Assembly (NCBI GenBank): GCA_963662585.1
Contig: OY759729.1
Coordinates: 256,001 to 320,000 of the forward strand
Direction: 5' to 3'
Source of the DNA: Candidatus Cloacimonadales bacterium
GTDB lineage: Bacteria; Cloacimonadota; Cloacimonadia; Cloacimonadales; JAFGVF01
Length of the DNA: 64,000 nucleotides
Below are positions 1-9,557 of this stretch, piece after piece. Numbering within the stretch: the first letter of the stretch is position 1; every line of letters begins with the position of its first letter. The notes beneath the pieces were generated by a model. That model saw nothing but the letters and a program-made list of their open reading frames with translations, was not told where the DNA came from and made no database searches. The translations under genes were made by a program, and so were the position numbers.

Positions 1-2
1 AA

Positions 3-233
3 GTTCTTGCAACTTTAAAAGCTAAAGGAATTAGAGCAGAAATTGATGAAAGATCAGAGAAGATTAACTTTAAAGTCCGTGAAGCTGAAATGGCTAAAAT
101 ACCTTATATGTTTGTTTTAGGTGGAAAAGAAGCTGAAGCAAAAAGTGTTTCTGTAAGAAGACACACTAAAGGTAATTTAGGAGTAATTTCCTTAGATGAA
201 GCAGTTAATTTAGTATTAAACGATAAAGAATAA
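3..233 (+). CDS. thrS: Threonine--tRNA ligase, C-terminal fragment (5' truncated by window edge)
   Basis: Manual translation from nt 3: VLATLKAKGIRAEIDERSEKINFKVREAEMAKIPYMFVLGGKEAEAKSVSVRRH..., the typical ThrRS anticodon-binding domain; stop TAA at 231-233. Confidence 0.9.
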   Translation, partial: VLATLKAKGIRAEIDERSEKINFKVREAEMAKIPYMFVLGGKEAEAKSVSVRRHTKGNLGVISLDEAVNLVLNDKE

Positions 234-253
234 ATTGAAAATATAATCATGTC

Positions 254-279
254 TAATGCGGGTCTAAACACCCGCATTA
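254..279 (+). terminator. Stem-loop after thrS, possible terminator
   Basis: TAATGCGGGT-ctaaac-ACCCGCATTA 10-bp stem; weak U-tail. Confidence 0.5.
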
Positions 280-307
280 TTCATAGTAAGAAAGAAGAGA
301 AAAGATA

Positions 308-1273
308 ATGAATAGCTATATTGAAGATTTTAAAGAAGAGTTGTTAAGACAATCTCAAGCTATAAAATTAGCTCATGATAAAGTCAATGATGATGTCATT
401 AAAGCACTAGATATTTTAATCAAGTGCCAAGGAAAAGTTGTAGTTACTGGAATGGGTAAAGCAGGTTTAATCGCTAGAAAGATTTCAGCTACTCTAGCTT
501 CTACTGGTACTACTTCCATCTTTCTACATCCTGCTGAAGGTATTCACGGTGACCTTGGAATGCTACAAAAACAAGATGTAGTAATAGCTATATCTAACAG
601 TGGCAATACTGATGAAGTCATCTCCATTATACCCTATATCAAGTTTAATAACATCCCGCTCATAGCTCTTACTGGCAATATGGAGTCTCGACTTGCTCAA
701 CATTCTGATGTCGCTTTAGACTGCTCAGTTCCTAAAGACTTTGAACAACTTGGCTTAGTACCAACTGCCAGTACCACAGTGGAATTAGCTATCGGTGATG
801 CCTTAGCAGTAGCTCTACTAAAAAAAAGAAACTTCGCTCTAGAAGATTATGCTAAGTTCCATCCAGGTGGTTCTATAGGGAAAAAACTTCTACTTAAAGT
901 TAAAGATCTTATGCACTCTGATATTGAAATACCATTTACAGAAGCAAGTGCCTTTATGGATCAAGCTATTATGGAAATGACTACCAAAAAACTTGGTTGT
1001 ACTTTAATTACAGAAGATGAAAAACTGATCGGAATTGTTACTGATGGAGATTTAAGAAGATTTCTTCAACAGGGAAACTTAGATATTAAAAACTTCCCTG
1101 TTACCAAAGCTATGACTAAAAATCCAAAATTTATCCTAGAGACTAAACTTGCTGTTGAAGCACTGAATCTTATGGAAGAATTTAATATTACAGTTCTTCC
1201 AGTACTAAATTCCGAAAATAAACCTGTGGGTGTAATTCATCTCCACGACTTAATTAAAGCAGGAGTCGTCTAA
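308..1273 (+). CDS. kdsD: Arabinose-5-phosphate isomerase (KpsF/GutQ family, SIS + 2 CBS)
   Basis: VVTGMGKAG, HGDLG, PTASTT, FHPGG motifs followed by a CBS pair. Confidence 0.92.
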   Translation: MNSYIEDFKEELLRQSQAIKLAHDKVNDDVIKALDILIKCQGKVVVTGMGKAGLIARKISATLASTGTTSIFLHPAEGIHGDLGMLQKQDVVIAISNSGNTDEVISIIPYIKFNNIPLIALTGNMESRLAQHSDVALDCSVPKDFEQLGLVPTASTTVELAIGDALAVALLKKRNFALEDYAKFHPGGSIGKKLLLKVKDLMHSDIEIPFTEASAFMDQAIMEMTTKKLGCTLITEDEKLIGIVTDGDLRRFLQQGNLDIKNFPVTKAMTKNPKFILETKLAVEALNLMEEFNITVLPVLNSENKPVGVIHLHDLIKAGVV

Positions 1274-1274
1274 A

Positions 1275-1712
1275 TTGAAATTACTTATCCAAAGAGTAAC
1301 TCAAGCCCAAGTAAAAGTTAATAATGAACTGGTCTCAGAGATAAAAGAGGGACTTCTTGTCTTTATTGGAATCGCCACAAATGATGATGAAAGCAAAATA
1401 GATTGGCTAGTCAATAAGCTTATCAATCTGAGAATCTTTGAAGATGAACAAGGAAAGATGAACCTCTCCCTCCTTGATATGAATTATGATGTTTTACTCA
1501 TTTCCCAATTTACCTTTTATGCTAATTGTGAAAGAGGCAGAAGACCAGATTTTATTTCAGCAGCTAAACCTGAATTTGCTCAAGAACTTTATAAGAAATT
1601 TTCCCAAAAACTTGAAGAAGTATATAAAAAACCTCAGGAAGGGATCTTCGGTGCTGATATGAAAGTATCATTACTCAATGATGGACCTGTTACGATAATT
1701 CTAGAGAGGTAA
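1275..1712 (+). CDS. dtd: D-aminoacyl-tRNA deacylase
   Basis: QRV N-terminus, SQFT, NDGPVT motifs. Confidence 0.95.
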   Translation: MKLLIQRVTQAQVKVNNELVSEIKEGLLVFIGIATNDDESKIDWLVNKLINLRIFEDEQGKMNLSLLDMNYDVLLISQFTFYANCERGRRPDFISAAKPEFAQELYKKFSQKLEEVYKKPQEGIFGADMKVSLLNDGPVTIILER

Positions 1713-1720
1713 TATTTTTA

Positions 1721-1770
1721 TGGAGTGGAAGCGTCTCTGCTTCCACCAGGCTGTATTTCAGCCTGCTCCT
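1721..1770. repeat. REP-like double-hairpin element
   Basis: GTGGAAGC-gtctct-GCTTCCAC followed by CAGGCTG-tattt-CAGCCTG, flanked by GGAG...CTCC; GC-rich island in an AT-rich intergenic region. Confidence 0.55.
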
Positions 1771-1904
1771 AAATCCCCTCTAAGGAGGGATACTTCTTCT
1801 ATAATTCCTATAAATAAAGCAATTTATTCCCTCTTAATAAAAATATCTCTTGTCTAAAATATAAGTTTTTTTTCTTGTTCAACAAAGACAAATTGGAGTT
1901 ATAA

Positions 1905-2837
1905 ATGATAGTAAAAAATACATTAGTAATGGATGCTATGCCTGATTTATTTTGGGAGATAGTTAAAGAGAAAGGTGTGTCCGATTATTTTACTGCAGAG
2001 AATTTAGTTTTCTCTGAGGATATTGAAATCATAATATTACGCACTAAAAGTGTTATTACGGAGTCTCATTACAAAAGATTTCCTAATTTAAAGTGTATAA
2101 TAAGAGCTGGTTCTGGCTATGACAACATTGATGTTGATAAGGCAGAGGAGTATAAAATTATAGTTCAAAATACTCCTGAAGCTAATGTTCAGTCTGCATT
2201 TGAACACACTATTGGATTCCTTTTTTCCTTAATCAAGAATCATAAGCAACATAATCAGAGTGTATTAGAGAATAAATGGCGTAAAGGGATAGTTTCGAAT
2301 TTAGAAGTTTCAGATCTAAGGGTATTAGTTGTTGGTTTAGGAAGAGTTGGCTCTTTAGTAGCAAAATTCTTAAAGACTTGGGGAGCTGAAGTTAAATTTG
2401 TTGATCCTTATATAGATTCTGAAGCTTGGCGAGAGATAAATATTGACCCAATTGATTATGAAGAAGGTTTAGATTGGGCTAATGTAGTTACTTATCATTG
2501 TCCTTTATACAAGCAAACTCAAGGATATTTTGATCAACATAGTCTGAATTTTATAAATCAAGTATTTCTTTTAAATGTCTCTCGGGGTGGAGTAGTTGAT
2601 ATTGATGCTCTTGTTAAGGGAATCTCTGAAAAGAAGATTTTAGGTGCAGGAATAGATGTAATGGAGTCAGAACCTTGGCAGTGTGAAGGTTGGGAGAATA
2701 ATCCTCTGATTTTAATGACCCCACACACAGGAGCTTTTACGGAAAAAGCTAAGAATAGACTTTCACAAGATTGTTTTGAAGTATGGAGTCAGTTTAATTT
2801 TCAAAATATAGTTAAACATCCAATCAAGGTTTGGTAG
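1905..2837 (+). CDS. D-isomer-specific 2-hydroxyacid dehydrogenase (SerA-like)
   Basis: RAGSGYDNID, GLGRVG Rossmann motif, NVSRG, DVMESEP, TPHTGA. Confidence 0.85.
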   Translation: MIVKNTLVMDAMPDLFWEIVKEKGVSDYFTAENLVFSEDIEIIILRTKSVITESHYKRFPNLKCIIRAGSGYDNIDVDKAEEYKIIVQNTPEANVQSAFEHTIGFLFSLIKNHKQHNQSVLENKWRKGIVSNLEVSDLRVLVVGLGRVGSLVAKFLKTWGAEVKFVDPYIDSEAWREINIDPIDYEEGLDWANVVTYHCPLYKQTQGYFDQHSLNFINQVFLLNVSRGGVVDIDALVKGISEKKILGAGIDVMESEPWQCEGWENNPLILMTPHTGAFTEKAKNRLSQDCFEVWSQFNFQNIVKHPIKVW

Positions 2838-2902
2838 ATAAATTTTCTTGACTAAATAAAGAAAATTATAAATTTTAAGTGCAAACTCTTAAAGGAGACT
2901 AT

Positions 2903-4030
2903 ATGAAGAAGTTTTTGTTGTCATCTTTACTTATAATAATGATATCATTAGTATGGGCTGAATCACACTTTTTAGACATGAGAGTAGGTGATTTTGGTTG
3001 TATAACTAGGGTTGTATTTGAATTCACAGGTAAAATTAATTATAGTGTTCAAGAAGAAGATAGTAATTTATCTGTTTCTATAAGCTCATTGAAAGAGGGT
3101 AAAATTCAATTACCAATAGAAGAATCTAATAATATAGATAATATCACAATTAAAGAAGAAACTGGATCAGCTCAGATAGAATTAGCTTTTAGTTATCCAA
3201 TTGAAGTTACTTCTTACAACTATTTTCAAGAGAACAAGAATTATATAATAGTCTTAGACATCTATGATAGAGGCTACCAAACAGATAAAGAGAAAGGCTT
3301 AGCTACTATACTTTTTAAAGCTCAAAAGTTTCCTTTAAGCAAAATCAGCTCTGAGCTAAATGATTTTTCTGAGAAATATGAAGCTGATGCACTAGTAAAT
3401 TTCTACCTAGGTCGATTATTTGCTACAAAACAAATGAAGACTATTGCTAGTGATTATTTTTCTAAAATAGATTCAAGCTCAGAACACTTCTTCACTGCCC
3501 AAGCTTATATTGATAATTTAAATAAAAATAGATTCCCGACTGAAGAGGTTAAACCTGACTTCTTATTAACAGAAGAAAAAACAGATGAAAAGCCAAATAT
3601 CATTAAAGAAGAAGTTGCTGTTAATGAAAAAGAAAGAGAAAATAAAATAGAGAAAGAAAAAGATATTACAGTAGAGCAAAAAGAAAAAGAAACAGTTAAG
3701 AAAGAAGTAAATCAAACAAAAGCAGAAAGAAATAAATTTTGGTACTTATATCTAATCATCTCCTTACTAGTGATTATTTTCCAGTTTATTCAAGCTATTA
3801 AGAAAAAGTTCTTTATAAAAGAACTGAATGCTAAGTTGGAAAGTTCAGTTTTTGAACTAAAAGCTCTAGAAAATAAATTAGAAAAAGGTGTTGTGATTAA
3901 CAGTAAAACTAAAGAAAAAATTATTATTAAACTTTATAATAGTGGCTGGAAGTCTAAAGATATTGCAGATGAACTCAACACACCTATAGAAATAATAGAA
4001 GCTACTATTAGTAAAGAAGGAAGACTTTGA
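2903..4030 (+). CDS. Hypothetical membrane protein (signal peptide, AMIN-like/TPR-like periplasmic part, TM helix, C-terminal HTH-like tail)
   Basis: ATG at 2903 preceded by AAAGGAG; MKKFLL signal peptide; TRVVFEF AMIN-like strand; hydrophobic FWYLYLIISLLVIIF; KLYNSGWKSKDIADELN. Confidence 0.55.
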   Translation: MKKFLLSSLLIIMISLVWAESHFLDMRVGDFGCITRVVFEFTGKINYSVQEEDSNLSVSISSLKEGKIQLPIEESNNIDNITIKEETGSAQIELAFSYPIEVTSYNYFQENKNYIIVLDIYDRGYQTDKEKGLATILFKAQKFPLSKISSELNDFSEKYEADALVNFYLGRLFATKQMKTIASDYFSKIDSSSEHFFTAQAYIDNLNKNRFPTEEVKPDFLLTEEKTDEKPNIIKEEVAVNEKERENKIEKEKDITVEQKEKETVKKEVNQTKAERNKFWYLYLIISLLVIIFQFIQAIKKKFFIKELNAKLESSVFELKALENKLEKGVVINSKTKEKIIIKLYNSGWKSKDIADELNTPIEIIEATISKEGRL

Positions 4031-5547
4031 TGTTAAAAAAAACCTTATTGATCCTCTGTACTTTCTCAGTAATTTTACTTTGGGGATTTGACAGTTTAGA
4101 TAATAAAAAAGTAACTTCTCATTACACTAAGAGCTTCACTTCTGAAAAAGCTGATTTTGAGTATTCAAAATTAAAGTTGCATGATGGCTATGATTTTCCA
4201 CTTCAGTCTGTATCCAAATTTTCTCAAACCTTAAATAATTACTTAACATCTAAAAATAAAAAACAATCTCTCTTGATTTACCAAAAGGAGAATAAGATTG
4301 TCGAAGGTCATGTTCTTGGTGGTGTAGAGTATTACCAGAATCAAGATTCAGACAAATATCTTTTCCCCTATTATGGCTTTGAGGTAAAAGCTAATTATGA
4401 GAATCTCTTTCTTGCTGGCAAATGGTGGAAAGGGCATACAAGTACTAATGACAGTTATTCCAACAATAATCATCTAATAAACTCTTGGGTTCAAAAAGAT
4501 GATGATAAAATTTACATTGATAAAATTCAGGGTGAAATTAGATATGAGTTCCCGAAATTTGGTTATCTTTCACTTAATCGAGGTAAGCTTGATATTGGAA
4601 GTAATATTGGGGGAAGTATTATCCTTAATGACCAAAAAGTAAATGATTATTCATATTTAAATTATCATTATAAATTCGGGGATTTCTCTATGGATTTTGT
4701 CCATGCCTCATTGATTGCTGACAGCATTAATACTTCTGGTCCTGGGGCTATCTCAAAAATAGATGCACCTGATAAATACTTAGCATTACATAGATTTGGT
4801 TGGAGACCTAGTAAAAAGCTCTTTATGTTCGTGGGTGAAGAGATATTTTATGGGAATAGAGGAATTGATTACAACTACTTTCTTCCGGTTGGCTTCTGGA
4901 GAATTACCGAACATAATCAAGCAGATAGAGACAATATTCTGATCTTTACTGGATTAGAATATTCCCCAATCAAGAGTCTGCACCTATATACAAATATTAT
5001 TTTTGACGAGCTCTCGAAAAGTAAATTATTCACTTCTTGGTGGGGTAACAAATATGCAATCCAGACTGGTTTAAGGCAAGAGGATCTTTACACATCCCCC
5101 CTATTCTCTTTAAAGAATATCGGTGCAGAATTTACTGCAGTAAGACCCTGGATTTACACCCATAAATACATCTATAGTAAAGCATCAAATGACAATCAAG
5201 CTTTAGGTTTTGCTGATGGCTCAAACCTACTTAAATATACACTAGAAACTGAGTTATCATTCCTAGATGATAGACTAGATTGGGTGATTAATGCTTCCTA
5301 CAAAAGACAAGGTAGTCAAGGAAATGCTTTTTATCTCAACTATGCTGACGAAATTGGGCCTGAAAATTATGAAACAGCTTCAGCTTCATGGTTAGATGGT
5401 ATCATTACAGATACTTATGCCCTAAAACAAGAGATAAGTATTGAACTACTGTATAGTCATAGAATAAAGTTCACTTATGAACTAATTAAAGAGAGAAGCT
5501 CTTCTACCGATTCGGATATTACTCTAAGTTATCAAACAAGATTCTAA
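4027..5547 (+). CDS. Outer-membrane beta-barrel protein, possibly capsule assembly Wzi-like
   Basis: Signal peptide, KYLALHRFGW, DNILIF, PWIYTH, C-terminal ...YQTRF. Confidence 0.5.
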   Translation: MMLKKTLLILCTFSVILLWGFDSLDNKKVTSHYTKSFTSEKADFEYSKLKLHDGYDFPLQSVSKFSQTLNNYLTSKNKKQSLLIYQKENKIVEGHVLGGVEYYQNQDSDKYLFPYYGFEVKANYENLFLAGKWWKGHTSTNDSYSNNNHLINSWVQKDDDKIYIDKIQGEIRYEFPKFGYLSLNRGKLDIGSNIGGSIILNDQKVNDYSYLNYHYKFGDFSMDFVHASLIADSINTSGPGAISKIDAPDKYLALHRFGWRPSKKLFMFVGEEIFYGNRGIDYNYFLPVGFWRITEHNQADRDNILIFTGLEYSPIKSLHLYTNIIFDELSKSKLFTSWWGNKYAIQTGLRQEDLYTSPLFSLKNIGAEFTAVRPWIYTHKYIYSKASNDNQALGFADGSNLLKYTLETELSFLDDRLDWVINASYKRQGSQGNAFYLNYADEIGPENYETASASWLDGIITDTYALKQEISIELLYSHRIKFTYELIKERSSSTDSDITLSYQTRF

Positions 5548-5553
5548 TCTATA

Positions 5554-6597
5554 ATGACTGCAATTTTTTATATCTTTTTAATTATCTTAATACTACACTT
5601 TCTTTTAGGTGTCTTTTCTTTAAGAAAATATCCTAACAAAGAGCCTAAACAACACAGTTTTTCTATTGTAGTTGTTGCTCATAATGAAGAAAAAATGATA
5701 AAAGCTCTTCTGGATAGTCTAAGTAACTTAGACTATCCTCGAAACAGCTTAGAAATAATTCTGGTTGATGATAATTCTACTGATGATACTTGGAAGATAA
5801 TATCTTCTTTCTCCACGGAATATGATTTCGTAAAGGCGATTAAGACAGACAGTAAATATTCCAATTTTAAAGGGAAAAAGGCTGGACTTCAATCAGCTTT
5901 AGATATTGCTAAAAATGAAATTATAGCTTTCACAGATGCTGATACACTAGTTCCATCTAATTGGCTAGATTCTTATAATAAATTTTTTTCTAAAAATAGA
6001 GGCCTTGTTATTGGTTATGTCAGAGGAGAGAAAATCACTCACATGAGACGCTATAAGAGGATAATATCCTCAGGTATCTTTGCTGCTGCGTGTGGTATTG
6101 GCTTTCCCTTTTCATGTAGCGGAGCTAATTTAGCAGTAAGAAGAAGTGTTATTAATCAAGTTGGTGGATATTCTAAAATAAAGAACTTCCCATCAGGAGA
6201 TGATAAGCAAATGCTTAATTTAGTTAGAAAATCTGGTTACTCTATTGCTTATAATTCAGATGTAAAAGTTATAGAAAGGGCAAGGAATTTTACTCCAGAA
6301 CAAGTATATCAACAAAATCTTAGACATTATGGCAAGTTTTCCTTATCCTCACCCCTCTATCAAGTTGGTTTAATCTTAATCATCTTTTATTATCTTTCAG
6401 TACCAGTACTTTCTATCTTTCAACCATCCCTCTTTCTCTTCTTTTGGCTAAGTAACTTAAGTTTCTATTTCCTTAGTTGTTGGAAACATAAAGAAATGTT
6501 CAAATTTGAGGATTTATTTTTAACAATTCTCTACCCTTATTTTATGCTTTATTTTTCAATAGTAGGATCTTTTAAAGAGGCTAAATGGAAAAAATAA
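5554..6597 (+). CDS. Glycosyltransferase family 2, membrane-bound
   Basis: VVAHNEE, VDDNSTD, GKKAG, FTDAD, GANLA, SGDD motifs; N- and C-terminal TM segments. Confidence 0.88.
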   Translation: MTAIFYIFLIILILHFLLGVFSLRKYPNKEPKQHSFSIVVVAHNEEKMIKALLDSLSNLDYPRNSLEIILVDDNSTDDTWKIISSFSTEYDFVKAIKTDSKYSNFKGKKAGLQSALDIAKNEIIAFTDADTLVPSNWLDSYNKFFSKNRGLVIGYVRGEKITHMRRYKRIISSGIFAAACGIGFPFSCSGANLAVRRSVINQVGGYSKIKNFPSGDDKQMLNLVRKSGYSIAYNSDVKVIERARNFTPEQVYQQNLRHYGKFSLSSPLYQVGLILIIFYYLSVPVLSIFQPSLFLFFWLSNLSFYFLSCWKHKEMFKFEDLFLTILYPYFMLYFSIVGSFKEAKWKK

Positions 6598-7454
6598 AAA
6601 AACGCCTTGGCTTCATTTTAAAGCTATTAATATCCTTAGTGATTTTAATCTTTATTTATTCAAAAATAGATATGGGAATGTTTGCTACGAATATTACCAA
6701 ACTCTCATTTATCACAATTATAGTTCTACTTGTAACTGCTATCTTAAAACATTTTACTCAAGGATTTAATTGGTATTATGCTCTTTCGATAAATCCTAAG
6801 TACAAACCTAGCACTTATGATATCATTAAAAGCTATCTTATTGGTATTTCTTTAGGATTTGTCTTGCCAGGGGGATACGCAACTTACGGAAAAATGTACT
6901 TTATTGAAAATTCTAAGAAAGCTACCTTTGTTTCTGTCTTAATAGAAAAATTCTTTCAAACTTGGGGGAATCTCTTCTATGCTTCTATCGCTACTATTTT
7001 TTACTTTAAGAACATTGCTTTATCACTAAGGCTTCTTATCTTCTTTCTTATTACCTTCTCTCCCTTAGTTCTGCTAATATTAATCTATTTTATTCCCAGA
7101 TTTAGAATTCATCTCCCAGTTTTAAAGAAAATTTTCCCGAAAATAATCTTAAGTCAACTAATTTACATCCCTCTTACTGTTATACAATATTGGTTTATCT
7201 TAAAATCCTTTACAGATATAACTTTTATTCAAAGCTGTATCTCCACAACCTTAATCTTATCAGCTAATGTTATACCTATAACTTTCTCAGGATTAGGTCT
7301 TAGAGAATATTTCGCTATTAAAGTACTCGCCCAATATGGTATTTCTAATACTTCTGCTGTCACCGCCGCCTTAATAATATTTTTCATAAACTCTGTTATA
7401 CCAGCATTAATTGGTCTTGTTTATATTGTGAAACATAAACAGACTAGCAAGTAA
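6585..7454 (+). CDS. Lysylphosphatidylglycerol synthase TM / flippase-like protein (UPF0104)
   Basis: Multi-TM protein with PITFSGLGLRE motif, adjacent to GT2. Confidence 0.8.
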   Translation: MEKIKKRLGFILKLLISLVILIFIYSKIDMGMFATNITKLSFITIIVLLVTAILKHFTQGFNWYYALSINPKYKPSTYDIIKSYLIGISLGFVLPGGYATYGKMYFIENSKKATFVSVLIEKFFQTWGNLFYASIATIFYFKNIALSLRLLIFFLITFSPLVLLILIYFIPRFRIHLPVLKKIFPKIILSQLIYIPLTVIQYWFILKSFTDITFIQSCISTTLILSANVIPITFSGLGLREYFAIKVLAQYGISNTSAVTAALIIFFINSVIPALIGLVYIVKHKQTSK

Positions 7455-7502
7455 GAAATTTTGTCAGAGAAACAAAGAATAGGCAATGAGCCGGAAATTA
7501 AA

Positions 7503-7571
7503 ATTCACGGACTAAAAGTCCGTAACCCCAGTTAAGAAGATTCACGGACTAAAGGTCCGTAACCCCAGTTA
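7503..7571. repeat. Two tandem REP-like hairpin units (37-bp period)
   Basis: ATTCACGGACTAAA(A/G)GTCCGTAACCCCAGTTA at 7503-7534 and 7540-7571; ACGGAC/GTCCGT stem. Confidence 0.75.
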
Positions 7572-7733
7572 CGAATAATCTTCTTATATCTCCTTCCAAT
7601 AAGCTTGCATTAGAACAAATCATTTTCCTTCTTCCCCAGCTTGAATTAGATTATTTCCAATTTATCTTGACAGATTAAACCATAGAAATTTATTAAATTA
7701 ATAATTAAATTAAAGATATCAAATGGAGATGAG

Positions 7734-8198
7734 ATGTACAATACTATTCAAGGTGAATTAATCGTTCAGGATGCAACATTCTGTATTGTAGTAAGTAGAT
7801 TCAATGAGTTCATTAGTAGTAAGTTACTATCAGGAGCTGTAGACTGCTTAATTCGTCATGGAGCTACTGAAAAAGACATAACTGTTGTTTGGGTACCTGG
7901 TGCTTTTGAGATACCCCTAACAGCTAAAAGGTTGGCTAAAACAAGTGTTTATAGTGCAATTATTTGCCTCGGAGCTGTTATTAGAGGAGCTACTCCTCAC
8001 TTCGATTATGTAAGCAATGAAGTAGCCAAAGGTGTAGGTGCAGTAGGTTTAGATACTGAGATTCCTATCATATTTGGTGTATTAACTACTGATTCAATAG
8101 AACAAGCGATTGAAAGAGCAGGAACTAAAGCAGGTAATAAAGGCTGGGATAGTGCTATAACTGCCATCGAAATGACAAATTTATTTCAAAGGATATAG
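7734..8198 (+). CDS. ribH: 6,7-dimethyl-8-ribityllumazine synthase
   Basis: [31 protein letters not shown]. Confidence 0.96.
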   Translation: MYNTIQGELIVQDATFCIVVSRFNEFISSKLLSGAVDCLIRHGATEKDITVVWVPGAFEIPLTAKRLAKTSVYSAIICLGAVIRGATPHFDYVSNEVAKGVGAVGLDTEIPIIFGVLTTDSIEQAIERAGTKAGNKGWDSAITAIEMTNLFQRI

Positions 8199-8209
8199 AA
8201 TAAACAATT

Positions 8210-8665
8210 ATGGGAATGCGGAGAAAAGGTAGAGAGATCACCTTACAAGTATTATATTCGATAGATTTTCCGGATAAAAATAGTAGTATTGATGCTTATA
8301 CAGCATTAAATCACTATTTGGAGCAACTTGATGGATTGTGTTTAGAAGAAAATATTAAGACTGACTCTTCTGTATATGAATTTGCTTTAGAGTTGATAAA
8401 AAACACATTAATTAATTTAGATGAAATAGATAAGATGATTAAATCTCAAAGTGAAAACTGGGAATTTAATAGACTAGCCTTGGTTGATAAGAATATCCTT
8501 AGAATGGCTACCTATGAAATTGTTTTCAAAAGAGTACATCCAGCTATTATCATCAATGAAGCAATTGAAATTGCTAAAAAGTTCAGTACTGAAAATTCAG
8601 GAAAATTTATTAATGGTATCTTAGATTCTATTTTTAAAAAGGCTAAAGCAAACTTTAATGAATAA
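8210..8665 (+). CDS. nusB: Transcription antitermination factor NusB
   Basis: RRKGRE, DKNILR, INEAIEIAKKF, FINGILD; conserved ribH-nusB synteny. Confidence 0.95.
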   Translation: MGMRRKGREITLQVLYSIDFPDKNSSIDAYTALNHYLEQLDGLCLEENIKTDSSVYEFALELIKNTLINLDEIDKMIKSQSENWEFNRLALVDKNILRMATYEIVFKRVHPAIIINEAIEIAKKFSTENSGKFINGILDSIFKKAKANFNE

Positions 8666-9551
8666 ACTTCAATGTAGCATCGGTATTATAGTATTTAATG
8701 AAGCTAAGAATATTGGCCATCTGCTCGAAATTATCACAGCAGAGAGCTACACTGATGTAGAAATTAGTGAAATAATTGTTGTTTCTAGTGCTTGTACTGA
8801 TGGTACAGATGAAATTGTTTCTTACTATCAGAAACTTGATAAAAGAGTTAAATTAATTACTGAAAAAGAAAGAAAAGGTAAGTCTAGTGCGATTAACCTC
8901 TTTCTTAAGAATAGCAGTAGTGACCTTTTAATAATCGAAAGCGGTGATACCCTTCCGGCTAAAGGAACTATTAGAAAATTAATCAAACCCTTTGAAGATG
9001 CTCAAGTGGGAATGACAGGAGGAAGGCCAATTCCTGTTAATTCCAGCATTAGGTTTAGTGGCTATGCTGTAAACCTCCTCTGGAAACTACATCATAAAAT
9101 GGCCCTTAAATCACCTAAATTAGGTGAGATGATTGCTTTTAGAAGAGTGTTTGAATCAATTCCTAGTGAAAGTGCTGTTGATGAAGCAAGTATTGAAGCA
9201 ATTATCAATAAGAATAATCTAACCAAAATTTATCTAGCAGATGCTATTATTCATAATAAAGGCCCTGAAGATATATCAGGTTTTATCAAACAACGCAAAA
9301 GAATAGAGACAGGCCATTTGTGGCTAACTAAGAAACATCATTATAAAGTAGTTTCTCAGGATAAATCAATTCTCTTTACCTTACTCATTGAGGAAATTCT
9401 CGAACGACCTAATGAATTTTTAAAAATAATCGCTGTAATGTTTGTAGAAGTCTATGCTAGAATGTTGGGTAGATTTGATTATTTTATTAAAAAGAAAAAC
9501 CCCTTCACTTGGGAAATTATTAACTCAACTAAAGATCTTAGAAAAGGTTGA
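8658..9551 (+). CDS. Glycosyltransferase family 2
   Basis: FNEAKNI, CTDGT, GKSSAIN, QRKR; the usual DxD position reads ESGD. Confidence 0.8.
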   Translation: MNKLQCSIGIIVFNEAKNIGHLLEIITAESYTDVEISEIIVVSSACTDGTDEIVSYYQKLDKRVKLITEKERKGKSSAINLFLKNSSSDLLIIESGDTLPAKGTIRKLIKPFEDAQVGMTGGRPIPVNSSIRFSGYAVNLLWKLHHKMALKSPKLGEMIAFRRVFESIPSESAVDEASIEAIINKNNLTKIYLADAIIHNKGPEDISGFIKQRKRIETGHLWLTKKHHYKVVSQDKSILFTLLIEEILERPNEFLKIIAVMFVEVYARMLGRFDYFIKKKNPFTWEIINSTKDLRKG

Positions 9552-9557
9552 TTCTCT

